Origin: a virus
Reading direction: 5' to 3' (one strand)
Length of the DNA: 64,000 nucleotides
IMG/VR virus record: IMGVR_UViG_3300025154_000068
Span: 1 to 64,000 of that record
The first letter of the stretch is position 1, and each line of letters opens with the position of its first letter. Both the position numbers and the translations under genes were made by a program. Of this stretch, positions 38,062 to 48,079 are shown piece by piece. The notes beneath the pieces were generated by a model. That model saw only the letters and a list, made by a program, of their open reading frames with translations, was not told where the DNA came from and did no database searches.

Positions 38062-38775
38062 TCAATTGAGCTTGAGCAATTCTTGAGTGTGAGTCTTTGC
38101 CGCATGACGAGCGAGCGAGCGACGCAAAGACGCGTCCTCCGCTTCCATCTCATCGAGTGCAAGAAAAACGTCTCCCAACCGATGGCGAGGAAACGACTCC
38201 CACCTATGTCCGTTGCCCACCTGAAACTGGACGCGGCCTCGCAATTCGTTGTCGACCCGGCGGAACGCCACAAGCCTGGACAGACGCTCGTCGGAGTTGC
38301 GGACAGCAGCAATGGTATTGACCCGATGTCGGATCTTGACCGCCTCGCACTTTCGAAGCTGCGGGCTGTCCAGCTCGACGATTCGCTCCAAGAGCCCGGC
38401 GACTTGGGCGCGTAGAAGGTTCTCCGTGCGGTGCTTCACAACGAGGTAGACGTCGATGACCTCGTTCGTGATCTTGTACGCCGTCTTGGTTCGCGACTTG
38501 GCGATGACCTGGAGGGCTTCCCGCTCGGTCAGGTAGTAGGCCGGCACGACCCGTTCCTGTGGCCCTTTCCCTCGGAGATTCCCCGAGGCGACAGTTCTGT
38601 CGGCTCGTAAAACACCGGGCAATTCACCATCCGCCACGAGCCCCTCGATAACGCGTTGAACCTTCAACGGGTCCGCGTACCCGAGCCGCTCACCAAGTTC
38701 CACGTCCAGGATACGCCGCACTTCGGACGCGTCCACCTTCACCAGATTCCAGCCGTTGACCGTGATCGATTGCAT
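38062..38775 (-). CDS. Antirepressor/Rha-like DNA-binding protein
   Basis: ILDVELGERLGY...YYLTEREALQVIAKSRT..A..IT.EVIDVY. Confidence 0.7.
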   Translation of the reverse strand: MQSITVNGWNLVKVDASEVRRILDVELGERLGYADPLKVQRVIEGLVADGELPGVLRADRTVASGNLRGKGPQERVVPAYYLTEREALQVIAKSRTKTAYKITNEVIDVYLVVKHRTENLLRAQVAGLLERIVELDSPQLRKCEAVKIRHRVNTIAAVRNSDERLSRLVAFRRVDNELRGRVQFQVGNGHRWESFPRHRLGDVFLALDEMEAEDASLRRSLARHAAKTHTQELLKLN

Positions 38776-38911
38776 GGTTCCTCTTTCCGCATGCACAAAA
38801 CGCCAGCGCGCCACCCAACCCGGAAAGAGGAACGGGTCAGACAGCGCGCTCGCGCATCGTGCAGATCAGCTTGGCGTTGCGCGGAGGTCCGTTGTCTGCG
38901 AAAATCCGGAC

Positions 38912-39418
38912 ATGTACCAAGGTCCGCAAGGAAACTGGCAGCCTCCGCAAGCCCCACAGAAGAGATTCAGCGAGACTACTTGGATCATCCTAGCGGTTGC
39001 GGCTGTCGCCGTTCTCGGCGTGCTCGCAGGTGGTGGCTTGGTGTGCGCTGGTTTCGTCGCCAGGGCTGTGAGCCCACCGGCGGCCGCGGCAAAGGCGAAG
39101 CCCGCAGCCCCAGCTGCAGCCGAGACAAAGCCAGAGCCGCGCGCAACATGCACGGTTGGCTCAGACTGTTATCTGCGCTCCGTTGCTGGGGATAGCGGTG
39201 TGCCCGTGTTCGCCACGGAAGAAGCTTTCGATCGGGCCGCGGAGGCCGCGTCAAAAGATGATCCTCTCGGGTTCGCCATGAACACTGCATTCTTTGCGCC
39301 TGACAGAACCAAGTGTCGAGTGCTGGAATATGGATGGGACAAGCGCAAGGTCCGCATCTACTCGGGTCAGTTCATGGGGCGTACCGGCTGGGTTCTAGCC
39401 GAGAGCCTCAAGCCGTAG
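38912..39418 (+). CDS. Single-TM membrane protein (moron)
   Basis: WIILAVAAVAVLGVLAGGGLVC; SH3-like tail (KVRI..G...GRTGWV). Confidence 0.65.
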   Translation: MYQGPQGNWQPPQAPQKRFSETTWIILAVAAVAVLGVLAGGGLVCAGFVARAVSPPAAAAKAKPAAPAAAETKPEPRATCTVGSDCYLRSVAGDSGVPVFATEEAFDRAAEAASKDDPLGFAMNTAFFAPDRTKCRVLEYGWDKRKVRIYSGQFMGRTGWVLAESLKP

Positions 39419-39791
39419 CCTCCCACGCATCGAGCGCGGCGAACTTCGACGCAGCCATGTTGCTCGCGAGTGCCACGAGTTCCTCGAGGATGGGATCGCG
39501 ACCCATCTTGGCGCGGACGTTGTCACCAACGGCCAGTTTGAGGTACCCGATCGCAAGTTCGATCGACGCCCGCATGCTCGTGGAACCCTGGACGTGAACC
39601 GGGTACATCGGCGTTGGCAACGGCGCACCGGACACCGGGTCGCTCGCCTTCACAAAGCCCGTGTCGGCGGATGTCACGAGCCGGGCCGTGCCTCCGAGGA
39701 AGTCCGCCCCGTCAATGACTACGTCGTAGACGCCGACCGCCGGCTCCGTCATCGTGAAGCGCGGTCCATTGCTTGTCTGTGAGATTGCCAT
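39408..39791 (-). CDS. Hypothetical protein
   Basis: GAGG RBS; 127 aa. Confidence 0.5.
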   Translation of the reverse strand: MAISQTSNGPRFTMTEPAVGVYDVVIDGADFLGGTARLVTSADTGFVKASDPVSGAPLPTPMYPVHVQGSTSMRASIELAIGYLKLAVGDNVRAKMGRDPILEELVALASNMAASKFAALDAWEATA

Positions 39792-39862
39792 GCTTTATGC
39801 CTCAGACCATCCTGGATCCAACTTGGCTTGCGCATCCTTCCAGATTCTGCGAACGTCTGGAC

Positions 39863-40399
39863 ATGCGACGGTTGTTGGTCCTGTTGATCTCCGTGGCGTT
39901 CGCGGCGGGATGCTGCAAGACGAAGGGTTCGTTAGGCTCGTCCAAGGCCGTCGCATCCTCCGTCGGGCCAGCGAAAGCGAAGGTATGGGCGCACAACATC
40001 GCTCGCGTCGCGAGGACCCCGCTCGCGATCGACCCGAGCACCATCGACAAAAACGGCGAACGCTCGGTCATCTACTCCTACGACATCAGCAAGATGGGAA
40101 TGCGCGATGGGATGCCAAGTCTTGCGATCCTGAGGTCTGACAAGGATGCATGGTCATTCAGAATCGGTTCATCGAAGTACGTGGAGTTGTCTGACTTCGG
40201 AGAGACCGAGTTCGTCACGATGGGCTTGGGTAGCAATAGATGGTTCAAGATCAGGAGCGGCCCGCTTGCGGGTCATTATGTTGAGAAGATATCCCTCTTT
40301 GGAGACGATGAACGCGCCACCTGGTTGGTTGTAAACAGCGCTTTCGCCTGCACCTCTCTCAATCCACAGGAGCGAAGACTCGAGTGTTGCGGCTACTGA
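39863..40399 (+). CDS. Lipoprotein (moron)
   Basis: MRRLLVLLISVAFAAGC lipobox; lower GC. Confidence 0.7.
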   Translation: MRRLLVLLISVAFAAGCCKTKGSLGSSKAVASSVGPAKAKVWAHNIARVARTPLAIDPSTIDKNGERSVIYSYDISKMGMRDGMPSLAILRSDKDAWSFRIGSSKYVELSDFGETEFVTMGLGSNRWFKIRSGPLAGHYVEKISLFGDDERATWLVVNSAFACTSLNPQERRLECCGY

Positions 40400-42483
40400 C
40401 CAAACTCGAGCGCAATTTCCTCGAACGCCTCGAGGATGCCGCTCTTGATCTCCGCACGGTCGCCGGTGCCGTTGATGACGATGGCGTTGCTGCCGAGGTG
40501 GAACACCACCGACTTGCCACCGCTCGCCCCGTCACCCGAGGACCTGGACCTGGACGACATGCCGGCCGCCGGGAGTTGCCTGGGAGTGGGCGGCGTGACC
40601 ATGTCGTAGACGGATGCCTTCACCCGAGGAGCGCTCGCATCCATTCCGCCGGCAAGGCCCTCACCAGCGAACATTCCAAGCTCGTGGAACTTCCTCGATG
40701 GTGAGTGCGAATCATGAGCCACTCTTGTCGCGTTGAGCACAGCGTTCGCCATCTCGGTGGCCGCAGATACAGCCATTCCAATGCCAGCTCGAATGCCGTC
40801 GGCTAGCCCTAAGGGGACACTGATACCGGCTGCAAACATCTGCCCGGCCAAGCCCATGACTACGCCAAGAACCTGGCTTGGCATACCTGTCACGGTGTCG
40901 ACCAATTCGGAGGCAAACACCGTGATGCGTCCTGGCAGGTAGGCAATCTGGGCAACCACCGAAACGAACGCGGCGGAGATGGTGGCACCGGCGCCCACAA
41001 CGAACCCCAGCGCTTCTCCCAAGATCCTGAACGCCTCGGCGGTCTTTTCAATGTCGCTCGCCTTCTTTCCGTCGATGGAGTCGAAGGCTTTCATGAGCGG
41101 CCCGAGGCCCGAGAGCAAGCCTTCCTTGAAGCCTTTGCCGAAGCTTTCGATGAGAGGAAGAACGGTTTCGACGATGGTCAGAACCCTGTCGAACGACGCG
41201 CTCGCTTCTTTCGCGTCGAACTTGCCAAGCATGTCCGACAGCGCCTTTCCGATGCTGTTGATGATCGCTACCACTCGCTGCCCCGAATCCGACTTTGGAT
41301 CCAGCGCGTCTCCCAGCCACTTCCCTGCGTCCTTGAACGCGTTGAAGTAGGTTGCCAGTCCGCCCTTCACGTTCTTGCCAGCGGCCTCGAAAAGCTCCTG
41401 CGGACGAGAGGTGGCCGTGGACCAAATACCAGTCCACATGCTGGAGAACTTCTCCATCGCCATGCCCAAGGTGCCGCCGGAGTACGTGGTGCGAATGACC
41501 TCGATGATAGCCTTCTCGGCCATGGCCGAGTCGATCTTGCCATCCGACATCGCCTTGCGGACGGCGTCCACGGACTTGCCGCCCATGTCCTTGCCGAGCT
41601 GCTCGTAGATCTTGCCTGCGATGCCCTGGAACGACTCCATCTCCATGACCCCTCCGGTGAGCTTCCCCATGCCGCGGAGCTTGGCAAAGCCGCGAATCAT
41701 CTCATCCATCTTGGAGGCGTCGAACCCCTTCATCGCCGCGACATCGCCCACGGCCTTCATAATCGTCTCGAGCTCGTTGGTCTTGAACCCGCCCACCAGT
41801 AGCTTCTGGTAGGCGCCGACGATTTGGTCCGTGCGAAAGGGCGTCTTCGCGGCAAAGTCCACCGCTTTGCCGTACAGCCGATCGGCCGCGTCGGCCGTGC
41901 CCAGCATCGTCTCGAAGGCGACCATGGCGTTCTCTCGGAATGAGAGAGACTGCATACCAAACTTCGTGAACGCAATCACTGCCTTGGCGCCAAAGTAGAC
42001 GACCGCCGCTGCCGCTGCGGCGAGAGCAGCTGTGACAGCCGCAATGGCGCCCACAAAGGCCATCGCTCCAGCACTGGCGACGCCGCCCAGTTTGGAACCA
42101 ACTCCGCCGACCGAAGTGCCAAAGATGCCCAGCACGCCGTTGGCCTTACCGACCGCGCTGTCGACGGACACCAGCGCGCGCGACAGAGACATTGCCGCGT
42201 TGACGGCACTGGGGCCGCCAATGCTTCCAATGCCCTGAATCATGCGCTGGAACATGCTCAGCTTGGCAACTGCACCACCAGGAACGGTCGGAACGAGGGC
42301 GTCCCCACCCTTGACGAACCTTCCGTTAGCATCCCGAGCTCGCCCCTGTGACGCCTCGAACTTCTTCGTTGCCTTATCGGCCTTCTGCAGAGACGCCGTG
42401 ACCTTGTCTACGCCCTTGGCCGCGGACGCAGCGGGGCCGCTCATCCGGTCGCTGATAGCGAATGCCCAGCTGAGAGCGCCCAT
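40393..42483 (-). CDS. Tape measure protein
   Basis: FETMLGTADAA...FAAKTPF tape-measure domain; A/G-rich; HSPSRKF. Confidence 0.9.
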   Translation of the reverse strand: MGALSWAFAISDRMSGPAASAAKGVDKVTASLQKADKATKKFEASQGRARDANGRFVKGGDALVPTVPGGAVAKLSMFQRMIQGIGSIGGPSAVNAAMSLSRALVSVDSAVGKANGVLGIFGTSVGGVGSKLGGVASAGAMAFVGAIAAVTAALAAAAAAVVYFGAKAVIAFTKFGMQSLSFRENAMVAFETMLGTADAADRLYGKAVDFAAKTPFRTDQIVGAYQKLLVGGFKTNELETIMKAVGDVAAMKGFDASKMDEMIRGFAKLRGMGKLTGGVMEMESFQGIAGKIYEQLGKDMGGKSVDAVRKAMSDGKIDSAMAEKAIIEVIRTTYSGGTLGMAMEKFSSMWTGIWSTATSRPQELFEAAGKNVKGGLATYFNAFKDAGKWLGDALDPKSDSGQRVVAIINSIGKALSDMLGKFDAKEASASFDRVLTIVETVLPLIESFGKGFKEGLLSGLGPLMKAFDSIDGKKASDIEKTAEAFRILGEALGFVVGAGATISAAFVSVVAQIAYLPGRITVFASELVDTVTGMPSQVLGVVMGLAGQMFAAGISVPLGLADGIRAGIGMAVSAATEMANAVLNATRVAHDSHSPSRKFHELGMFAGEGLAGGMDASAPRVKASVYDMVTPPTPRQLPAAGMSSRSRSSGDGASGGKSVVFHLGSNAIVINGTGDRAEIKSGILEAFEEIALEFGQ

Positions 42484-42485
42484 TG

Positions 42486-42958
42486 TCAGTCTTCGAGTAG
42501 GTTGATCCGAACGGCGTGAAAGAACTCAGCGACGAGCAGATATCCGACGTCAGCGTCCATCGTGTCCTCGTCGCGACGTGCGGCGCGCAGACATCGAGCG
42601 GCAACTCCCGGCTTCCACCGCGCCTCGTGGAACCGGTTCAGAGTTTTTTTGCCTTCACCTTCTCGTGGAGCTTGGCGAGCTCGGCGAGCTTGTTGCCGAG
42701 GGTGACGACGATGAACGGGTAGTCGACCACGACTTGATCGAAGTCCTCCGGCCACACGATGCACGTCGCGGCAAGGCCTTTGAAGGCGTCGAGCTTGTTG
42801 CCGTCCTTGTTCCCGCCGTCCTGCAGGAACCGCTCCACCTCCGGCTCGGTGGGCGCCTTGGCGACGTAGTCGTCGCCGTCCTCGTCGGTCAGAAGGTAGA
42901 GACGGCCGCCGAACTTCTTCTTCAGCTCAACGATGGTTGTTTCTTCGATTTTCGGCAT
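42486..42958 (-). CDS. Tail assembly chaperone G (42638-42958) with -1 frameshift extension GT (to 42486)
   Basis: GCA AAA AAA CTC TGA slippery A7 at 42644-42650; -1 frame open to 42486, next to the tape measure start. Confidence 0.8.
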
Positions 42959-42965
42959 GGTTTCC

Positions 42966-43415
42966 TCAGACCCGCTTGCTGACGCCGGGCTTTCCGTTCC
43001 AGAGAATGACGCCGGCAACGAGGAGCTCGACCTTGACCGGGATTGCCTCGTTGCTGCCCTTTGCCGCGCTCACGGAGGGCTTCTTGATGCGGCACCGGGG
43101 GATGGTGTCAGTGATGACAGGCGAGACGTTCTTTTCGCTGTACGAGTTGGTGAGCGTGAAGAACTGCTCGTACGGGGCATCGCCAAGTGAATCGAAGAAC
43201 TCCTGGTAGTGGGAGCGAGTGTGGAACTCGATCGAGCACGTGCCTTCGTACTCCCCCTTCGTTGCCCCGACCGGGTTGCCATCGCTGTCCTTGATGACGG
43301 CACCATCCAGGCCGTCGTCGTAGTCGATGCTGGAAATGTAGTCGCCGCGCAGCTTGCCTACCGAGGTCCGGAGCGACGAGAAGCTGTACTCGTGACCGTT
43401 GGTGTTGAATCCCAT
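42966..43415 (-). CDS. Tail tube protein
   Basis: NGHEYSFSS...ISSIDYDD...GEYEG; follows sheath. Confidence 0.8.
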   Translation of the reverse strand: MGFNTNGHEYSFSSLRTSVGKLRGDYISSIDYDDGLDGAVIKDSDGNPVGATKGEYEGTCSIEFHTRSHYQEFFDSLGDAPYEQFFTLTNSYSEKNVSPVITDTIPRCRIKKPSVSAAKGSNEAIPVKVELLVAGVILWNGKPGVSKRV

Positions 43416-43427
43416 GGTGTCCTCCGA

Positions 43428-44816
43428 TCACTCGCTCACGGTGCGGGTGAAGCCGATATCGTGCTCGATCCACTTCGCATCGGGCTTGATCTGGATGCGC
43501 GTCTTGCAGCGGAGCGTGCGGTTCGTGTAGACGCGGTTCACCACGAACGCGACGGCGCTGGCGTTCTTGTCCGCGACGACGCCGTCCTCGAGCATCTGCT
43601 TGATGAACTCCTCGATGCCCTTCGCCTCGTGCTCAGCAAGGGCGCCGGATGCCGCGAGTTCGAAGTCGTCGTGGAGATACTCCCAGAGGCCGGCATCGGA
43701 GATGCGCAGAGCCTTGTCCATCACCCGACCGTTTCGGAGCTGGGAGAAGTCCGAACCCTGCGCGGCAAGCGTGTAGTCGTCCTCGACGAAGTACCCGGCA
43801 CCCGCCTTCTCGACGTAGGTCCGAAGGACGCAGAATCGGCCAGTGTCGGTGCCGAGTCCGGGCGTCTTGCGCTCGTCCCGATGCAGGCTCGTGATGCCGA
43901 GAAGCGTCCCGTCCTTGGTGCGACCGATGTGGGTGTTCGGCTTTGTCTGGAGCGCCCGCCGAGCCATCACCCACGCCGCACTGCGCTTGTAGTAGCGTCC
44001 GTCGACGTCGCTGAACAGCTCGACGAATCCTGCGCCGCACACAACGCGCTTCGCGTCGGTGTTGATCGTGGCGGTGAGCAAGTTCGTGTCGGTGTCGTCC
44101 GCCGCCTCGATGAAGAACCGCATGTAGCGCTTCGATGTTTCGGCGGAGGCAAGCTTGACCTGCAATGCCGCGGCGAGGGCTGCAGTCGCAGCCCCGTCGG
44201 CGGGGGTCCCGACGACCAGGCCAAGCGATGCCTGGTGGGGAGTGAGCAGGAACGCGTCGATGGCATCGTTGAGCTCAGAGGTGGAGAAGCCAGGCGCGGT
44301 GCACGGCCAGGTGTAAGTCTCGTCGAGAACGTACGTGCCGGCCGAGAATGTGAGCGTCATGTTGCTGTCCGGGATCGCGTAGGTCCCTCCGACCGGCACC
44401 TGAATGACGCCCGACCAGGTGTCGCCTCCGTCGAGGGTAACCTGGAATTCCGCCACCCCGAGTGCGCCGGCCTTCGTGATCTTCGCCGTCGGCTGGTAGG
44501 CGTCATACGGAGCGCCTGCCACCGTGACCGCTGGGCCAGTTCCGGACTGCGTCACGGCCCCCACTGTCCCCACTACGTCCTTGTTGACCGGCACGAGGAG
44601 AATCGGGCCGGAGCCGAGCAAGTACGACGCAGCGTGCACAAGCGGGCCGAAGCCCTGCGCAGCCTTCATGTCGTCCTTGTCGGAGTACGAGTAGACCTCG
44701 TCGTCAGTGCCGCCGGAGCATGCCCCGAACACCACCATCACGTTTTCGACGCTGGCCGGGACAGTGCCCAGCGCACCGTCGCGAACCGTATTGCGCACGC
44801 CTGTCTGCTGTGTCAT
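43428..44816 (-). CDS. Tail sheath protein (DUF2586-like)
   Basis: VRDGALG N-terminus; GSDFSQLRNGRVMDKA. Confidence 0.85.
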   Translation of the reverse strand: MTQQTGVRNTVRDGALGTVPASVENVMVVFGACSGGTDDEVYSYSDKDDMKAAQGFGPLVHAASYLLGSGPILLVPVNKDVVGTVGAVTQSGTGPAVTVAGAPYDAYQPTAKITKAGALGVAEFQVTLDGGDTWSGVIQVPVGGTYAIPDSNMTLTFSAGTYVLDETYTWPCTAPGFSTSELNDAIDAFLLTPHQASLGLVVGTPADGAATAALAAALQVKLASAETSKRYMRFFIEAADDTDTNLLTATINTDAKRVVCGAGFVELFSDVDGRYYKRSAAWVMARRALQTKPNTHIGRTKDGTLLGITSLHRDERKTPGLGTDTGRFCVLRTYVEKAGAGYFVEDDYTLAAQGSDFSQLRNGRVMDKALRISDAGLWEYLHDDFELAASGALAEHEAKGIEEFIKQMLEDGVVADKNASAVAFVVNRVYTNRTLRCKTRIQIKPDAKWIEHDIGFTRTVSE

Positions 44817-44824
44817 CGGTTACC

Positions 44825-45037
44825 TCAACGGATCGGCATGGATTTGGCGGCATTGATCGCCTTGTCGTATTCGGCTTCAGTGAGCTGGACACCGGATCGG
44901 ATCCAGCGGTGGAGAGCCTCGGCCGCGGCGAAGAGCCAGGCCGGGGTCGGCTTCGTGTTGCGCCATTCCTCTGGCGACTTGCGCACTGGTGCCTTCGCGT
45001 CACGCTCGGCGACGCGCGTCTCGGTCTTCTCTTCCAT
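44825..45037 (-). CDS. Small conserved pre-sheath protein
   Basis: WLFAAA...W...LTEAEYDKAI. Confidence 0.65.
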   Translation of the reverse strand: MEEKTETRVAERDAKAPVRKSPEEWRNTKPTPAWLFAAAEALHRWIRSGVQLTEAEYDKAINAAKSMPIR

Positions 45038-45039
45038 GA

Positions 45040-45528
45040 TCAGGGTTCTCCGTGCTCGATCCAGCCGTCGCCGGAGGTCGAGTCGCTTTCGTACACCCAG
45101 CCGTCGAGCGTCGTTGTCTCGACGAGCTCGTCGCGGATGGGCCAGTTGATCGTTATCGTCAGCACCGTGGCCTCGCCGCGACTGAGCCATTCCTGGGACT
45201 CGGCGACAGGCATGCTCCGCCGCGGGGTCATCGACGTAGACGCGTGCCGCTGCAGCGCGACCATCTCGTTGTTCCGAATCGCCCGGAGCGTCTCTTCGTC
45301 TTTCGCCCAGCAGTGAATCTCGACGAGCTGGCTCTCGACCCACAGCTTGCGCGGATTGCCCCCCGCGATGTCCGGCCCAGTGAACTCGGAATCGGCCGCG
45401 ATCCAGCAGACGTAGGGCGGCGACTTGTGCTTGTTCAGCTCCTTGCGCCCGAAGCCGTGTGGCGGGGCATTCACGCCCAACTCGACCACGACAGCGTCCA
45501 TAAGCTGCTCGAGTTCGCACTTGGCCAT
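45040..45528 (-). CDS. Tail terminator-like protein
   Basis: PPYVCWI, VEIHCWA; position. Confidence 0.6.
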   Translation of the reverse strand: MAKCELEQLMDAVVVELGVNAPPHGFGRKELNKHKSPPYVCWIAADSEFTGPDIAGGNPRKLWVESQLVEIHCWAKDEETLRAIRNNEMVALQRHASTSMTPRRSMPVAESQEWLSRGEATVLTITINWPIRDELVETTTLDGWVYESDSTSGDGWIEHGEP

Positions 45529-45531
45529 TGC

Positions 45532-45780
45532 TCACGCCTGCTTCAGCCACATGTACACGCCTGCAGCCAGCATCCCCAGCGCCAGCATGCCCCAGAGCGC
45601 CTCCCGCGTCGGATGCAAGTAGACGATGACCCAGCCGACGATGATAAGCAGCAGTCTGGCAACACGCCAAGCCCAAGTGTGCCACGGCTGAGGCACCTTC
45701 GGAGGCGGCTCGTAGGGCGGCTCTCCGAGCTTGCGATATCGCGTTCGCCCGTGGCTGTAGTACTCGATTTCGACGCCCAT
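45532..45780 (-). CDS. Small two-TM membrane protein inserted in neck module
   Basis: Two hydrophobic helices. Confidence 0.5.
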   Translation of the reverse strand: MGVEIEYYSHGRTRYRKLGEPPYEPPPKVPQPWHTWAWRVARLLLIIVGWVIVYLHPTREALWGMLALGMLAAGVYMWLKQA

Positions 45781-45783
45781 ATG

Positions 45784-46350
45784 TCACTCCCCGAAGTGTG
45801 CACGCATGAAGTCGTCGGCCGCCTCGAGCGCACGGGCGTCGAGCTCGGCAGGCATGCCATTGAGGGGAGCGAACGGGCGAGCGGGGATGACCACCTTCTT
45901 GACGAAGACGAATCCGCCGCCCTTGCGACTGGCGCCTTGCCGTCGCGTTCCCCTGCCGCTCTGCTTGAACGACACGCCCTGGAACCGCAGGGCCTTGGCC
46001 TTCTTCGGACGGATCGTCGCACCGTACTGGTGAGTCGTGGCGTACTTGACCCCGACGCTGACGCTGAATCCGGTGGCCGAGACGCCAATCGGCGTGATCG
46101 CGCCGCGCATGATGCCGGAGTTGAGCAGCGGCTTCTGACCCCGGCCGTTCGCGGAGCTCCGGAACTTCAGCGGTGCCCACCGATCGCCGTAGGGGCTCTC
46201 TCCTCGGCGAAAGCAGTCGGTCATGAAGTCGCGGTATTCCTCAGCGAGGTTCTGAACGAAGGCCTTCTTCCACGACGCGGTGCTCAGCTTGGAGAACTGG
46301 GCGCTGAGCTTCCGTGCCTTGCCGAAGTCTCCGACTACGCCGCCCATCAC
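45784..46350 (-). CDS. Virion morphogenesis (Mu gpG/P2 gpS-like) protein
   Basis: SPYGDRWAPLK, PLLNSG, YATTHQYGA, IPARPF. Confidence 0.88.
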   Translation of the reverse strand: MMGGVVGDFGKARKLSAQFSKLSTASWKKAFVQNLAEEYRDFMTDCFRRGESPYGDRWAPLKFRSSANGRGQKPLLNSGIMRGAITPIGVSATGFSVSVGVKYATTHQYGATIRPKKAKALRFQGVSFKQSGRGTRRQGASRKGGGFVFVKKVVIPARPFAPLNGMPAELDARALEAADDFMRAHFGE

Positions 46351-47054
46351 CAGCCTCGCAGTGGTTTTGTGACAACGAACGCACCACCGTCCTCAACTGT
46401 TGGAGTCGAGTCCACGATGTCATCGGGTTTGATCTTGCCCTGACTCACCTTCTCGAACCAACGAATGGCATCCTCGTAGTTCATTCGGATGAGTTCGTCT
46501 TTGCCTTCCGGGGCATATCCGGTGGACACCATGAACCGATACGCCGCGATCGAGGCGGTGTGGCTGGTGACGTCTTCGCCCCAGCTCACCAGGGGCAGCT
46601 CGTATTGGTTGCTGAGATAGCCGGTGGCCGTCCCGCTCGCCGCAATCAGAGCACGGTTGAGCTTCTGCGTGTCGGCGCCGTCCAGCGCGTCGCCGAGAGA
46701 CAGCGCCTCGAGGTCGGCTTCCGTGGCGAAGAGCTGCTGTGCGGCACCGGTCACCAGCAGCGTCGCCGATGTGCCGACGAGCGTGTAGGTGACTCGCACG
46801 TAGCGGTCGAGGCCGACCAGCGCGAGTTCCTCGGTGCCAGCGGCGACCGACGTGGTGAAGGAAACGACCGTGCGCCAGGACGTCTCGTTCGGAGACGTCT
46901 GGACAGCGACACCCACGGACGTGCCGACGAGTGCTGCCACGACCAGCATGAGCTTCGCCGCGGATCGGTGCTCGCCGATGTCGGCGGACGCACCTTCCCC
47001 GCTCGCGTCGATCGTCGTCAGAGCGAGCGGGGTGATGGCAAGCTTATTGGCCAT
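46347..47054 (-). CDS. Head-tail adaptor (Mu gp36/DUF1320-like) with N-terminal extra domain
   Basis: ASGTATGYL..QYELPL, YEDAIRWFEKVSQGK. Confidence 0.75.
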   Translation of the reverse strand: MANKLAITPLALTTIDASGEGASADIGEHRSAAKLMLVVAALVGTSVGVAVQTSPNETSWRTVVSFTTSVAAGTEELALVGLDRYVRVTYTLVGTSATLLVTGAAQQLFATEADLEALSLGDALDGADTQKLNRALIAASGTATGYLSNQYELPLVSWGEDVTSHTASIAAYRFMVSTGYAPEGKDELIRMNYEDAIRWFEKVSQGKIKPDDIVDSTPTVEDGGAFVVTKPLRGW

Positions 47055-47066
47055 GATCGGCTATGG

Positions 47067-48020
47067 TCACGGGCTGACGTAGGCGTTCGCGTACCAGGCC
47101 GTGCCGACCTTGAGACAGAACACGCACAGCCGCTTGGACGCCGTAAGCGCCGTGGTCAGGTTGGTCGGTCCCGTCGCGTCGCGCACGGTCACGGCCTGAT
47201 CGTTGAGGGTCCCATCGCCGATGATCCAGCAGTAGGTCCCCGACAATGCATCCGCGGGAAGCGTGATGGTCGACCCAGCGTCGAGCGCGGGAATCGTGTA
47301 GATGCCACCGCTCACGATTGCCGGCGGAATGACATCGTTTGCAGCGTGTGCGGGAAGGGCCGCTACGGGACCTCCCATCGCGGCGCCCCACTCGGGCAAC
47401 GTCGCGCCCGCGTTCATTCGCAGGAGCTGGTACGCGGTGCCCTTGGCGAGGTCGTCGATCGTGTCGTCGGCGCTCGCGATGAGTACGCCGCCAGCATCCA
47501 CGGTCGCGAGGCCCGTGCCGCCGTTGACGACGGGAACGGCGCCAGTCAGCGCCACGGTTGCGTCGATGTCGCCACCGTTCGCCGCGTCAGAGTGGTCGTG
47601 GTCGGCGTTGGAGAAGTCTTCGATCGTGGGCGCGGACGAGATCTGACTGACCGCTGCGAACGTGAGACTCGTCGTTCCGATCACGATCGAGCCGGTGGTC
47701 GTCAGCTGGTACTCCAGGTTCGCACTGACGCTGCCCTTGCGAACGGAGACACGCAGTCCGCCGCCGTTGCTCATGACGTTGTCGGGCTTCTCGACGCGGG
47801 TGAGAGGTGCCTCGGACGAAGCCACCTTCCCAACCCTGTACACGCCGTTCTCGGCGCCCGTGGTCTGGTTCTTGAGCAGGACAAGGTCACCCTCGACGAG
47901 GGTGATGCCGTCCATGGTCGTAGAGCACGCGGTCAGGTCCGCGACGTTGGCCGTGCTGGCCGCCGCGACGGCGAGGACCAGCAGCGCCCCGGGCATGGGG
48001 AGTCCATACGGAGAGAACAT
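47067..48020 (-). CDS. Virion structural/fibre-like protein
   Basis: DGITLVEGDLVLLKNQTTGAENGVY, VPVVNGGTG. Confidence 0.7.
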   Translation of the reverse strand: MFSPYGLPMPGALLVLAVAAASTANVADLTACSTTMDGITLVEGDLVLLKNQTTGAENGVYRVGKVASSEAPLTRVEKPDNVMSNGGGLRVSVRKGSVSANLEYQLTTTGSIVIGTTSLTFAAVSQISSAPTIEDFSNADHDHSDAANGGDIDATVALTGAVPVVNGGTGLATVDAGGVLIASADDTIDDLAKGTAYQLLRMNAGATLPEWGAAMGGPVAALPAHAANDVIPPAIVSGGIYTIPALDAGSTITLPADALSGTYCWIIGDGTLNDQAVTVRDATGPTNLTTALTASKRLCVFCLKVGTAWYANAYVSP

Positions 48021-48079
48021 GTTTCTGTGCCTTTCAGCCGCGAGGCGGCCGTGAATTGTCGATGTGCTTCAGCGTACGG

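Noticed and set aside
43209-45149. 646-aa + strand ORF, and similar ones at 36619-38415, 46314-48107 and 49635-51056
   Set aside because: Antisense shadows of GC-rich structural genes with no recognisable motifs, unlike the motif-bearing antisense ORF in the MuF intein
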